Assembly (NCBI GenBank): GCA_047967505.1
Contig: CM106538.1
Reading direction: 5' to 3' (one strand)
DNA: 64,000 nt
DNA from: Dipteris shenzhenensis
Taxonomy: Eukaryota
Within the stretch, counting starts at the first letter, position 1; each line of letters starts with the position of its first letter. Below are positions 1 through 13,779 of the stretch, in pieces. Position numbers and translations under genes: made by a program. Below the pieces are notes generated by a model. That model saw nothing but the letters and a program-made list of their open reading frames with translations. It did no database searches and had not been told where the DNA came from.

Positions 1-1990
1 AAGCAATCAAGAGATATGTCTAATTAAAATAGACTTTGATAAGGCATATGACAGACTTAATTGGGATTTTTTTCTTCAGTCACTTAACAGTTTGGGTTTG
101 AGAACCCAATTCACTTCTTATGTAGCTCTTCTACTCTCTAATGCCTCTGCAAAGGTGTGTGTGAATGGAGAGATGTGTCAGAGCTTCATGTTGAGAAGGT
201 TCGTAAGACAAGGATGCCCACTGGCACCTCTCTTATTTGCTATAGTCGTTGGTGATGCTTTGGAATGGTTGATAAAAGAGCAGGTGACATTAGGTGAAAT
301 CAATGGTATAGAGCTCCCCTCAGGAAAGCAGCTACTAGTAAACCAGTAATTTGCAGATGATACTACCTTAACCATTAGAAACATAGATGTAGACATACAA
401 AGAGCTATATATTGTATGGATATATTCTGTAATGCATCTGGCTCAAAAATAAATCACTCCAAAACAGGTTATGCATTGTTATTTGGAGACACCCAAAACC
501 GTCTAGATCAGCTAGGTTGTAAGAGAATTCCTCTTGGGCAGATATTCAGACCGTTAGGTATCCCTATGGGGTTCAATGTTAAGATGAAAGACAGATGGGA
601 TTGGTTCCTAGAAAGGTTAAAAAAAAATAGAGAGACTCAGGAGATTGTAGCAGGCAAACTTGGCAAGACGAAGGGTAGTACTAAACCACTACATATACCC
701 AATTGCTATATCTTATCTCTCATGCTAGTGTCCTTCTAGAATAGGTTTAGAAAAGTTCATAAGGATCTGTAGATCCTTCTTATGGGGGGGGAGTGACACT
801 AGAAGAAGAATAGCTAAGGCCAAGTGGGCTTTCTGCACCAGACCAAGAAAGGAAGGAGGCTTGGGTGTTATAAATATATAGCTACACTAGTAGCCTATAA
901 ATTAGCAGTTACATGGATAATCAAAGCCATCACTACTCCTGAAAGTGATTGGGCTAACCTCCTCCTCAGGAACTTCAAGCATGTGAGGCCTCACAAAGCT
1001 CCTAAATGGAAGGATTATCCCGTTTTATAAGCCATAGGGAATCCAAAACCATGCACTACCAAAGGGAGCCAGTTGTGGAAAACCCTATGGGGGGCCTTTG
1101 AACAATTAATTAGCCACATCATTCTATATGGAAAAGGAAGCGTAATGGCTTTAGACTCAATCTAGGTTTCTATCTTTTTCACTAAACAACAGCTAAGTGA
1201 CAATGACTTCCTGAGGGCATGGCACTTGGGGAAGAAAGGGCTATCTTGTTGGAGGGATTTATGGGACAAGACCAATTTCAGGTGGAAGACTTGGTTGGAG
1301 ATAAGAAGAGAATTCAGACTCAAGATTTCAGACCAAGAGTTGATAATGGGCAGAATTAAACTGTGGGAGGGGGACATCATTTGGAAAGGGGGCAGAATTC
1401 TTAATTTCCCTTGAGAGTTTGGATGGGTAGGCAGATCAACCCTCTTACCTATACCCACTCCATCTGAAGGCATAGATGAGATTGTTACTAAACTAAAATC
1501 TAGATTGAACAATTCTGACAATGAAAGAAAATGGGTTATCAGATTTGAGTTGATTTGGGACAGAAGAATCCTTGAGAAAATGTCCACACTGTTATGGCTA
1601 ATTCTACACAAGGCTATTTGGACCAAGTGCAGAAGCTTCAGCATTGGTAAGGGAGATGGTACATGCAAACATTGTGTGGGCATCAATGAAGACATCTTCC
1701 ATTTGTCTATAGCTTGCCCCAGAGCAAGAAAAGTCTAGAAATTAGTGCAATTAAGAATAGGTGAACCTATAAATTGGAAGTCTATTCTTTTGGGAGATGC
1801 TCTCAAAATTCCTAATGCCACATGGGCACACATCAAAGCTTATGCACTATGGTTTATTTGGATATCCAAAAATGCTTTTCAATTCAATGAAGAGGTCATG
1901 CATGCTGAATAGATCTTTGTTAATTGGTATGAATGCTATGTTCTTACTAAGTGATCACTATGTGCCGTGGTCCCAGGCCAAGTTCTTATT
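1..1990 (+). mobile_element. Decayed L1/Tx1-type LINE ORF2 (reverse transcriptase to zf-RVT), cut by the window start
   Basis: Manual and ORF-track translation gives LDFDKAYDRLNWDF, QGCPLAPLLFAI, Q*FADD, LGIP and a C-terminal CKHC..EDIFHL...C zinc finger. There are many stops and frameshifts. Confidence 0.9.
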
Positions 1991-2849
1991 GGACCAAGAA
2001 TATCATAATTATCATGGCCAGGTATCACAACTCTAGGCAGAGCTGGAAGAACACATACAGGATGCATGGAGATGCTCCAACTCAGGGGTGGATATGCAAG
2101 CACAAATCCTTCCATCTCTCTTCCTAGTCAAAATAGAACCTATTGTTTAGAGAGCCTCTTTTGGCACTTACTTTGTCTATGGTAGTGCTCCTCTGTTCCT
2201 AGGTCCATTGCAATTTTGGATACTAGGATTGCTGCAGCCTTGGTGGCTGCCAAAATAGCAACATCAAAGGTTGTCATTTTTTGGAGCATAAAGTCTTTTG
2301 CAGCATACTTTCTCTTTTTTGGATGGACGAATAGGCATCTTGGGATCAGAATATGAGGCACAGTCAGCTTCAACAAACAGATCAACACTTGATCATAATT
2401 TACTGTTCAAAACTATCAAATTGAGCTCAGGCTCCTCTCTTTTTTTGTTACTAGTTTTGATGTTTCCCACTTTTAGTCAGTGGTTTTCTTGTATGCAAGA
2501 CATAAATTCCTCTCTAGAGGAGAACATTTTGTCAAAGCTTGACATCATTGTACTAAACATATGATGATAATATAATCAACTTTTTCTTTGCCCAAAAAAT
2601 AAATAAATTTGGAAGGTTTGGAAGAAGGAGATGATGGGCATGCTTGACCTATGTGAGAGGTGGTATCGAGCTATAAGATCTATGATGATCAAGCTATAAG
2701 AGCTATGATGATGCCTGCCCAAAATTAGGATGCATGCCTTTGAGCTAAAAAGAGGTGCTTCAATGGTAGAGAGCAAAATGATTTCATTAAAGAAAGGCAT
2801 ATCTATGAGAACATTTTGAATGTTTCTTCAATCTCAAGCTATGTTGCTG

Positions 2850-4745
2850 CCACAGAGCAACGGTGTATTTGATGGCATTTGACTTTGATTAGACACATGA
2901 TAGAGTTCAGGTCGGGTAATATCTTGGCAGTGTTGGAGAGGCTGGGATTTGGGTCGGCGGGTTTTGGCAAGATGTTGGGGAATTTATTTGGAAATGACTC
3001 GATCTTCCTATGCCTAAATGGGGGTGTAGTCTTTTTTGATTTTGAGTTTCTCAGATAAGTGAGGAAGAGATGCCCTTTAACCCCATTGTTATTTGCACTA
3101 TGCACTATGCCACTGATCTAGTTGATTAAGAGACGTGTTGCAGAGGGGAGAATTAAGGGTGTAGTGTTACCATCTCGAATTCAAGTATGCTCTCAACTAT
3201 TTGCAGATGATATGGTGGCTCCTTCAATTGAATGCAAAGATAGTGTGGAGAATCTCTGTGTGGCTTTGGAAAATTTTTGTGAAGTTTCTAGTTCATTTTG
3301 TAGTTGGGCTAAGATGCTCTCTCTTAGAAGTGATCCAAGAAGTAGGCCTGGTTGGCTAAATGATCTCCTTGTCAATCAGGTTGATAGGGGCACTGTAATT
3401 AGGTATCTAGGGTCCCCATTGGGGGGTGGAATATCTATTAGATAAAGATTTGACCATCTCAAAGTAAATATGAGATATAAAGTAAGGCTATAAAATAGAA
3501 TGATAGAGTGTTAGTTTTGAAGCATGCTTTATCAGCCATCACTACTTATTTGGTTGCTATTTGGTGGCTTAGAAAAAATAATTGGCTGAAGATAGAGAGA
3601 TTGCCAAGACCTTCCTCAAGGTGGCACTATGTCCCACGGGAGGCCATGAAGGTTTCTAAGGCATGTGAAGCTAGGTATCCTAGATACTAATAGAAGGAAT
3701 ATGCGTTTATTTGTTAATGGCTCCCTCGGCTGTGTGAATGCCAGGCTCTATGGGTGTAATCCACGAAATGGTTTATTGAGCATGGAAACGGGAGAGATGT
3801 AGGTGTGTGGAGGAACTTGACTGGTATGATTGCCTTTACTCATAGTTTGCTTAAAATTGTGGGTTCTGATCTTGTTGGTGGGTTTGGTTGGGGCCTGGGA
3901 ATCTTGTAGTCATTTGATGTTGTGGAAGGTTAGAACATGTCTGTAGGGGGAGCAACCTTGCATGAGAATTTGTGGTGGAGTTGGGTTATCATTTTGAATG
4001 GTAAACCCCTTGAGTGGATTGATCTCCAATGTGCAAGGAGCATTCATAAGAAGGGTATTAGCTCCTAGTTACCATTATGGGATGTAAAGAGGGCCTGCTA
4101 GAGGCCCATAATGTTTGTGAAAGACCAGTTTAATCTTACCAATAGGCAAACTACTCTCATTTCGGAGGTGCTAAATAATGTGCCTAATGGATGGCCTACT
4201 AATTGCATTCCTTTGACAATGGTGGATCAATGTGTTGAACTTGGGGAAGTTCATGTTTGAGAAGGATCTCTACAAAGGTGGTGTATAGGAATCTATCAAA
4301 GGATTAGTCTCCATTTGGGGAGTTTAATGTGATAAATGGAAGCTTTGGAGATCCCCAAAGTGGTGGAAGGAATGGATTAGAAAATTTGGAGTAAAGCTAT
4401 TTTTTACAAAATTTGGAAAGTCCTCTATATGTGGCTACCCCTGGGAGGTAAGATAGCTAGGTGGTTAAAACCTTGCTACCCCCTTTGCCGGAGAAGTGTG
4501 GATGATATCTCGCATCTTCTTTGGGCTTGTGCTATAACTAGGAGGGTTATGGCTTGGGCTATCATGAAGGTTGGCTTGATGGGCTTTGTAGAGATCCAAA
4601 TGGAATCTGGCATTCTTGGGGGACACGGCAAGGCTTCCATAGATACTTGTTGCTTGTTGGCCCTATGTTCATGCTACGGTGCTGTTGGCAATATAAAATG
4701 TCTAGTTGTTTTTCATCACGGGGTGGGAGTAAGATGATGCTTTGA
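2850..4745 (+). mobile_element. Second decayed L1-type LINE ORF2 fragment (RT to zf-RVT)
   Basis: AFDFD*THDRV, CPLTPLLFAL, QLFADD, RYLGSP and CYPLCRRSVDDISHLLWAC motifs in the expected order, with frameshifts. Confidence 0.85.
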
Positions 4746-5410
4746 TTAAGCTACCATTAAGTGCATAGATGATATGTTAGCTTAGGATTTTGGTAAGCTT
4801 GTTACAGCAAATGGTTATTATTAAATCAAGAAGTACAAAAATGTGTGATGAGAAAACAATATATTGTGGCTTTTGGAATGCATTTTGTTTCTTAGCAAGT
4901 ATGAGTACATGTCAACAGAAAATTACTCACTCATCTATGACGTTGAGATAGGCGCAAAATTTATTTGTGCATGAGAGAGAGATGGGAGAAGCCTTAGGAA
5001 AGGAAAAAGGAAGAAGTATCAAACACTCCAAGTTGAGATCCACTTTGTCTATTCTCTTCCACTACAAAGGGCTATGGAATAGCAAGGGAGGCATCAAGGT
5101 TTGCAATCCCTATAGATAAAGCTAGCTCCATGGATATGTCGAAGGAAGGATACACAAAAGATGACTTGGCCACTGCCAATTATAGGGTGGTAGATGAAAT
5201 AGAAAGACCTCTTTCCCCAATACAAGCAAGGTCTTTGAGTAGAGAATAGCCAAGGAAGGGTAAAGGACTTAAGTTGGATTAGAAGAAGTACAGGAAGGGC
5301 AAGAAGCAAGTTTTTTGAACGAGTTTAGGAGCGAGTTTTTTTGGCAACCAACATGTTTTGTTCCACCTATTCCACTTAGGACATCTCTCTCTATTCTCTC
5401 TCTTTGCGGC

Positions 5411-5420
5411 CTCCCTCCCT

Positions 5421-5501
<81 letters not shown>
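5411..5501. repeat. (CCCT)n/(CT)n microsatellite
   Basis: Directly visible. Confidence 0.98.
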
Positions 5502-5505
<4 letters not shown>

Positions 5506-5626
5506 CTATCTTCGTTCTATGTGTAGACCCTCTATCTCAAGTCTATATCTTTTTGTTCCACCAATTTGGGCAAAAGTTTTTAGCCCAAAAGGGCTTCTAG
5601 AGGAGAGATGGCATGCACAAAATCAC

Positions 5627-5829
5627 CCTAGAGATGAAATTTCATGAAACTAACAAGAGGAATAAGCTCATTTGATGTATTTCAATCGTTTTGATACTAC
5701 CAAACATGACTATATTTGGATATTCCTAGCAAAAGTTATGAAAATTTTAAAGCCAAAATTGGCATCCAGAAGAGGGCGCAGGCATCCTCCTTTGGATGCC
5801 AATTTGGGCTTAACATTTTTACTTCAAAT

Positions 5830-5865
<36 letters not shown>

Positions 5866-6047
5866 CTCCTTGATGATTTGTCTTTTGGGCAAACTTTTTA
5901 GCCCAATAGGGCTTCTAGAGAAGATATGGAATTTCATGAAACTAACAAGAGAAATGAGGTCATTCGATGTGTTCCAATCGTTTTAATACCAAACATGACT
6001 AAGTTTGAACATTTCTAGCAAAAGTTGTTAAACTTTTATTAGCCCAA

Positions 6048-6091
<44 letters not shown>

Positions 6092-6290
6092 TTAAAGAAA
6101 ATTTTTAAAGCCCAAATTGGCATCTCAAGGAGGGCGCCTGTGCCCTCCTCTAGATGCCAATTTGGGCTTTAAAAGAATTTCACAACGTTTGCTAAAAATG
6201 TCTAAATATAGACATGTTTGGTATCAAAACGATCGAAATACATCAAATGAGCTCAGTTCTATTGTTATTTTCATGAAATTCCATCTCTAG
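5627..6290. mobile_element. Foldback/MITE-like element with ~240-bp inverted arms, each containing an internal hairpin
   Basis: 5627-5860 is roughly the reverse complement of 6050-6290, including (CT)n versus (GA)n. Internal hairpins lie at 5750-5811 and 6103-6174, and a partial direct copy of the arm at ~5890-6045. Confidence 0.7.
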
Positions 6291-6299
6291 TATAATTTT

Positions 6300-7300
6300 G
6301 TAGACATATGTTTCAGGCAATCTCGGATCCAACGGGATAGACAGCTCTGTTAATGGAGGCCCGGATGTTGAGATCCCACTCACACAGGAAATAGCAAAAT
6401 GAAGATGTCGGAGTAGATAGAGATTCACCACAGCTTTAAAAGTTCATGGAACCAGAAGCAGCTTCTGAAGTAGAAGTTTTGGACCAGTGTGGATCCATTG
6501 GGAGTGTCAGAACTTTAAATGGTGGCTTGGATATGGAGATCCAACACACGAAATCCTCGTAGGAAGTAAATTTCGTCACTTTTTGCAGGAGCTGTAACTT
6601 TTCACTGAAAACTCGGATGACAGAGATGTTAGAAGTGAAAATGTAGCTCTCAATTTGATCTACAACTTCTATGAAGACTTCAAGTCAAAATTCTATCTCT
6701 AACTCCATATATTTGCACCACTACATATGTGTATCTGAGAAGATTTGCTTATATCCTGTGCCTTCAACTTTGCAACCCAGCAAAACAAATGCCCAAGAGG
6801 ATTTTGCCCCTTTCTCTCTAATTGCTATAGCAGCTCTAAAATCTGCAGCTCCTCCTATTGAACAAGGATCTTTTGGGATGCACCACTCTCTCTCCGGGCT
6901 AGAGCCTGCTGCACCGGACTGCTCACGCTACCGCCATGCTCTACTGTGAAGCTCTAATACCAATTGAGAGGACACAACGGAAGCTGAGAGGGAGAGAGAA
7001 AGCTTGAGAGACACAAGTTTTAGTGGGTGTAGAACACCCTAATCTTCTATTTCATCCATATATATATGTTTGAGTGTTGTACATAACCGGGGTTAAGGTA
7101 TAGTGGCCTTTAACCCCCACACTAATGACCACTGATTGGCAGCCACCTTCACAGCAGCAGCCTGATGGGCAGCCTTCATAGTAGCCTTCGACTTCATCTG
7201 CATAGAAGTAGCTACATATTGTCATCATAGTTGGAATTCAGATTTTGATTATAACTCACTCATTGTATTGATACAATACCAATAATATGAGTTTTTATTT
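6300..7300 (-). mobile_element. LTR-retrotransposon 5' remnant (LTR, tRNA-Met PBS and leader), boundaries approximate
   Basis: The minus strand reads ...CTCTCA-AT-TGGTATTAGAGC (6951-6966): a CA LTR end followed by a one-mismatch tRNA-iMet PBS (TGGTATCAGAGC). Confidence 0.6.
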
Positions 7301-8459
7301 ATCTCAATAATCCCATTTGGGATGTCTCTGCTTATGTATCAGTGATTTTTGTATTGATACAATTGACATGTAATATGAATTTTGGTTTCTCTCAATGATT
7401 TCTTTATATATAATTATTCTTTCTCTTATTTTTAGTGCATATAACATGTAGCATTAGTATAACATGAATTCAAACCAAGAATCAAGGGTACCTTCCAAGG
7501 CTTTAAAGATAGCATATGGAAAATTAGTAAAATTAAAAAAGATCGAGACCTTATCACTTGTAAAAACCATAAACTTTCCATTATGAATAATTCATGTACA
7601 AAAGTTTCATATAGGATTAAAAAATGAGTTTGCATTACTATTTTTTATATCTGAAGGAGGAATGTTACACGTCAAAGTATGTATATAACTTTAGAGCTAG
7701 ACTAGTAGCATAGCTTCTCTAGCATGTTTCCCCAATAATTGAGAGTATAGAGCTAGACTAGTAGTAGAGGTTCTCTAGTTGTTTCTCAAATAGCTCAAGA
7801 AGAGATAATGATGAGATGTTGAAGCAGACGTTAGAGGAGAAAATGGTACAGGAGGAGCTAGTGCACAAGGAAAAGCTGAGAGGATCGTTCAGGTGCATCA
7901 CATGCTCTAGCTACATCGGAGTCCTCCTGAGGAGTGTCCAGGTATAGCGGAAGCTGAAAGTCTCCACCACCACCCCAGCAATAAATATTGCATTTTGAAC
8001 AAGAATTAGAAAAGCAGTAGCCTATGAATGAGGATCAGCCTTCTCTATGAGTTGGACCATGGTAGATATCTACACATGTACACAGTCACTAAGATCAGTG
8101 TGGCTATTGGTCACTAAGTCATTGAGAAGTGCTATACATGTACAAAATTCATGCAAAATCCTATACATTGTTATTGAGAAGTAATATAAACAGTCTCTCC
8201 AGCAATGCTTTTGCATTGAATTGTGCTCTCCCTCTCCTACACAATAGTTGTTGTATGTTTTGTTAGTAACAAATGAAGACAATGAATGAATCATGTAAAT
8301 ATAACAAATGAAGATACTAAAGAACCAATTTATAAACATTCTATGCACCTTTTTGTTGTAGATAATGAATGAGAATTCATTCAAAATACTATCCTCTGTC
8401 TCCACACGAATGTCATGATGCAATTGGGATAGCGTACAACACTATCGTATTGAGATTAC

Positions 8460-9590
8460 ACTTACCAATATTCCATCTTCATAGCCCTTGAACTCCAATA
8501 CTTTGTTTTCAAGGCCAAACAAGATAAGGTCTTGGTCCATTAAAATAATTTATTCGTTTGTAGTAAAAAGAAAATACAAAATTATGACTTGCAATCATAT
8601 ACTTAATGGTGGTAACTATACTTGGCACCACCTCTTAGTAGACCTTGTTCGATATTGATTTATCCCAACCATCATCCAAGAAGTCAAGGTTCTCTTCATT
8701 TCTAGATGCTTTGAAGGTGGGCATTGTTTTGCATACCTTGAATGGATACTTGTTAAGTAGGTCAACAAAGACCGTGATTGGCATGCATACATTGATTACA
8801 ATTCTTGTAGCAATGCTTGGACGTAAAGATCGTTGAGCTTCTACAAATAGCTTAGCCCTGTATGTCTCTATCACACTACTAGGGGCTAGGCAATCTATCA
8901 TATTCCATGGCATAAGATCTTGTTTCCTCAACACATCATAAGTGTTCTCTTTGTCCAACAATTCAAAAAAATGGTCTTAGAAGAAGATATATGTTTGCAC
9001 TAGTTGAGTTACAGATTTACTTTGATATTGTAATTATCCTACTGCTCCATGCAAGACATCCAAGATTCCCAAAATGCACTCCATCGACTGCGATTCTTCA
9101 TATGATGATGGATATAGATCTGAAAACCAAAACATGTTTTAGTTTACGCTGAAAAAGAAAATGTTTGAAACTCCCATTTTGAAACTGAAAGGGTTAGAAA
9201 CTCACAATTGGGCCTCTGCTTGGAAGATAATTTGGATAATCACCTAGCACAAGTTCATTGTGCATATAGACATGCTCGGCCAGTATTTCCTTAATATCTC
9301 TCTTACCATCTATTGTTTTGAAATCATTGACCCTGCCTTTCCAAGAGGCCAGAAATATATTATTCGACCGTGGTTTTTTCCTCCCCATTGGCTGCATTAG
9401 CACCCAACTTCCTTTCGACACAAGGTTCATATTTTTCCAGTGACCATATGCATTCACCCTATTGGCAACATCTATAGATGATATGCATGTTATAGGTCAT
9501 CGAGAAACAATGCTCACCTCTATGTCTTGGTCTTCTGCATTCTGAGTTACACACTGCTTCGCATTGGGATGCATTGGGTTGCTTGTTGCC
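8460..9590 (-). pseudogene. Disrupted spliced gene with an N-terminal BAH-like domain, probably TE-borne
   Basis: LVSKGSWVLMQP..WKGRV..KEILAEHVYMHNEL, then a GT-AG intron (9120-9205) and LYPSSYEESQSMECILGILDVLH; joining them needs one frameshift. It continues into ORF 8635-8961. Confidence 0.45.
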
Positions 9591-10029
9591 ATGGTTGATT
9601 CGTGAAAGAGGACCAAACTTTCAAATGGGTAAAATGCAAGCGAGAGAACTAGGATGGAAAGTAGGAATGAAAGCAAGAAAGATGCCCTGGGGTGCGTATT
9701 GCCATGGATGGAAAGTGTGAGCAGGAGAACTGGGGGGGGGGGGAAATAGGACCAACCTTAGACTCAAGAAAGCACATTTGAATCTTTGATTCTTATAAGT
9801 GGGAAAACTTGTTTAGGAGGGAAATCATATTTGAGGCTGTGATCTTTTTTTTAAATGACTCCTTGTCACGTTTATACAATTGTACATCCATAAAGTTTAG
9901 TATCTTTCTCCTATTATGTGAAACAATTTTGTATTTTCTCTATTTTCTCAAAATTACGTTGGCGCTCTTGTGATTGGTGGAGAGGGATTTTTCATTTTGG
10001 CCAAAAGGCCCCAAAATGAGTTCCCTTTT

Positions 10030-11750
10030 TTCTTCTCAAAGCCATGGTCTTCCCAACAATATCTAGTATGCTATGGCTCCCTTGGGAAGATCTAAGACAG
10101 TAAACTAGAGAGTGAACGTCACTCCAACAATTTTTGTTGGCACATTATCAATGATACCCAATGGCTTAATTTTCATGTGGTCAGCTCGGTGGATGGTAAA
10201 TGTGGCCTTCTACATCGGAGGTAGGCCCCATTCTTCATATGCTCTCTTGCCAAAATGTTTACTTCAGCTCCGTCATCCACTATTGCCGGGTATTGGCCAA
10301 AGGCTTTATGCTCCAACGGGATGGTTACATTTTTTATGTCATCCCTAGAACCGAATTTTACTAAAATTACCTTTTCCTCTTCTTCAAGTGGGGGGAAGTA
10401 TTCTGAAGATTTGATCCATCCCTTGAAACTCTCCCACATTGTAGGGCAATTTCTTAGTAAGGTCCCAATTGGCATCGTGATGGGGCAGCTTATCAAGCTT
10501 GCTAGTGCGGTGCCATCCAATTGGGGATGTTTTGCATGTTGCTCTATTACCCATTGGAAGTTGTTGGGATCAATCACGGTGTCAATGTTGGATGCTGATG
10601 GTGCTCTGACCTCTGTTGCTACCATCCTGTCTGTCTCAAATTTTTCTTGCTCCTATTGTACCCATTGCTTCAAGGCTTGGTAACGCACCTTCTCAGTTTC
10701 AACATTGGGGTATGCTTCCTTGGCTCCTGCGGTGGCACTTTCCATAGATGTGCTAGGCATGGTCTCACTGTGTTGTGGATTGACATGGCTTGTTTTGATA
10801 GATGGCTCTTTGCTTTTTGAGTAGAAAGGAGTCTTCTTTCTGCTATCTTGTTATGATCAAGACTGGCTGTGATGCCACACTTTGTGTTGTCATACTGTGA
10901 TTTTCCACACTTATCATCCTTGGGGTTACATCAGGTTTTACTTCCGTGGTTGGTTGAGGCTTTGTTCTTAGTGGGCAGTCCATGCGAGCATGCCCAATTC
11001 CGCATTCCCTACACAAGGTTGGAATGTAATGGGATTACCCTTGTGTGAGCATTCTACTATGTGGTGGTTTTCTCCACAACCAAGACACTTGATGGGTGTT
11101 TGATATGTGGTGGGCCTTACTTGATTAGCATACACCGGGACGAGTCCTTCGGCACCATCCATGTAGTACATAGGGTATTTTGTTTCATACTCATAGTGAG
11201 GTTCAAGCTCTTTAGGTTGGAGTTGATGCATTGGAACTATTGGAGCAAGATTGGGAGCCCATGGATATTGTGGAGGATTGAGATTCCTCATTAGTTGAGG
11301 CACTTGTGTTCTCACCGGGAGTGGGTTGAGACGTGGCACTTGTGCATTAGGTGCTAGTGCCAGTTGTCTATAATTGGGATTGGTGGCTATTGGTATTGTT
11401 GGGGCCGGGGTTGTGCTACCCTCATATTATAGAAATAGGTATTTACATCATGCCCTACAACATTGCAAATGGGACACCATAACCGTGGGGGCTGAGCCAC
11501 TTCTAGTGGGTCTAGTTTGTTCCTCAGGATTGGGCATTCATTGGCTATATGGTTGGCCATATAGTGTGGGCACCAAACATTTTCTCTCCATGGGTACTGT
11601 GGTGGCTAAGAGACATGCAACTTTTTCTTGATGGGCTGCAGCATTTCATCTTTTACTCTTAGGGCAATGGCTCCCACTCTGTCCTCGGTGGTGTGATATT
11701 TGTTGGAAGTGCTTCCCTTCTTTGAAGATTTCTTGTTGCGATGACTTGAT
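10030..11750 (-). mobile_element. Ty3/Gypsy gag-protease remnant
   Basis: Zinc knuckles CLGCGENHHIVEC and (frameshifted) CRECGIGHARMDC, and the aspartic protease motif AIVDDGAEVNIL. Homologous to the element at 32425-35690. Confidence 0.85.
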
Positions 11751-11754
11751 TTTG

Positions 11755-12310
11755 GAGGGGTGGAGGGGGGGGTTTGGAGGTGGAGGGGGGTTGGAAGTGG
11801 GGGGAAAGGGGGTGGGGGGAAAAGGGGGGTAGAGGAGAGGGGGGGGGGGTGGTGGTGGAGGGGGCGGGGGGAGGAGGTGGGGGGAAAAGGGTGGTGGAGG
11901 AGAAGGGGGGGGGGTTGGAGGTGGGGGGAAAAGAGGGGGGGTGGAGGAGAGGGGGGGAGTTGGAGGGGGATTGGGTTGGGGTGGGAGGAGAGGGGAGGGG
12001 GGGAAGAGAAGGTAGAGGTGGGGGAGGGGGGAAAGGGGAGATGGGGGTGTAGAGAGAGGTAGAGAGATGGTGGAGTGGAGGATGATGGGGGTGTAGAGAG
12101 AGGTAGAGAGATGGTGGAGGGGAAAGGATGGTTACCTTGAGTGGGGGAGATGGGCAATGGATGAAAAAAGTGGAGGTGATGGGGAGGAAGATGATGGGAG
12201 GGGGAGATGGAGATGGAAGGGGGGTGATGGAAAAAGTGGTGGTGGAGGGGGGTTTCACAGAAAAAGTGGTGGTGGTGGTGGTGGAAATGGTGGACGGAAG
12301 TTGGAGGATG
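11755..12310 (+). repeat. G-rich, purine-biased low-complexity tract
   Basis: Dense runs of 3 or more G (up to ~10) separated by short A/T linkers, with almost no C. Confidence 0.95.
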
Positions 12311-13049
12311 GAAAATAGAGATAGACAAAAATATGGAGGCTTAACGAAAATTGGAGAAGGAAGTGGCTTGTAAGTGTGGGGAAAGAATTGAGGGTGGTTG
12401 GTGTTGCTTTTATAGGATGTGGGGGAATTAAGGGTTGATTTTGGGTGCTTAGTGTATTAATGTGATTATGTAAGTCAACATTATCCTTTTGCACCATTTG
12501 GAAGAATTTTTTTACTCCTTTGCCTTGAGGGATGTATCTTGAATGCTTTTTCAAAGGGGGTTCTTTTTCACACATGTGAACATGTGCTCCGCTTTCGCTT
12601 CAGGCGCTAACCTCCCCGACAGCGGTGCCAAAATGTTCTCTTTTTCTCCCAAGTGCAGGTTTTGAGGGTGTTGGTCACCTATAGTCGTGTCATTGCTCGT
12701 TGTAACATAGCTGTTCTTCACGTGTAGCATAGGTCCTCGGGTCGTGTTTCGGTGTAGTCTAAAGCATGGAAAGCAGATCTCATGCGCATGCAAATGAGAA
12801 AGAGAGCTTGATCATAACGATTGATGGAGGCTCTTGCCTCCATAGGAGTTCAAGGGTTTAGAAGGGGATTTCAGGGTTCAAAAGGGGGATAGAGTTCAGA
12901 GGGGGTTGTAGGAGTTCAAGGTTGAGAGAGCTAACTAGGAGTTCCAAGGTTCAAAGGAGGTTGCAGGGTTTAGGAGGAGTCAAAAGTTGACGAGTGGAGA
13001 GTTAGTCTCCTTTGTAGATTCAAGGGGTAAGGGTTGAGGAGGTGGGACA

Positions 13050-13165
13050 AGGAAGGAGGAGGAAGACGGAGGAGAGTGGAGGAGGAGGAGGGAGGAGGAG
13101 GAGGAGGAGGGAAGAGGAGGAGGAGGAGGAGGAGGAGGAGGGAGGAAGGAGGAGGAGGAGGGAGT
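13050..13165. repeat. (GGA)n microsatellite
   Basis: Directly visible. Confidence 0.95.
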
Positions 13166-13779
13166 ACAAGGGTAGAGAGTGCAAGCGTAAGGGCATGCTA
13201 GAACATGATAGTGTAAGAGAGCATGGATGCAATGGAGATCAATCGCATGAACACAATAGTGAGCTTGAACACTGAACCCCAAAGAGTGGGAGCTTCATTC
13301 CATTGAGAGATATTTATACATGTTGGTCTCTGCACAATCCATAGGTACCTCCGTGGTGGGACCTCTTTTGTAGAAGACCTTTTGGACAGGAGTCCCTCCA
13401 CTTTTGGGGGGGACCTTTTGTTGGAATATGAAGCCAAAGTGTGTCAAAAATGAGTGTACTATGTGTTTAGGGGGTGTTTTATAGTCTAGTGAGTCCTATG
13501 GATGCCACGTGTCATATTGGGAGTTATCCCATATGCATAGGTGTTCATATGTGTGTGTGCGCTCTTATATAAGAGCTGTACGTGTCTAGTGACAAATCAA
13601 TCAAGTATCAAGCTACAAGCTCTTTGGTCTACATGTGAGTACTGTCATTTTTGTTCATTGCTCTAGTCATTTCATTTCCATTTCATTATGTCTTCTTTTG
13701 AGTATCACTTCCTCTCTCCCTAGCCTACCCTCTCTCTCTTCCTCTTTCCACCATGTTCCTTCATGTGGTACATTAGGGG

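Noticed and set aside
2040-2830. Short ORFs between the two LINE fragments
   Set aside because: No recognisable motifs on either strand.
5279-5647. ORFs with RERE/LSLS runs
   Set aside because: Translations of the (CT)n microsatellite.
11606-12373. Extensin-like Pro-rich and Gly-rich ORFs
   Set aside because: Open in several frames on both strands because the tract is low complexity; no signal peptide or regular SPPPP/Tyr periodicity.
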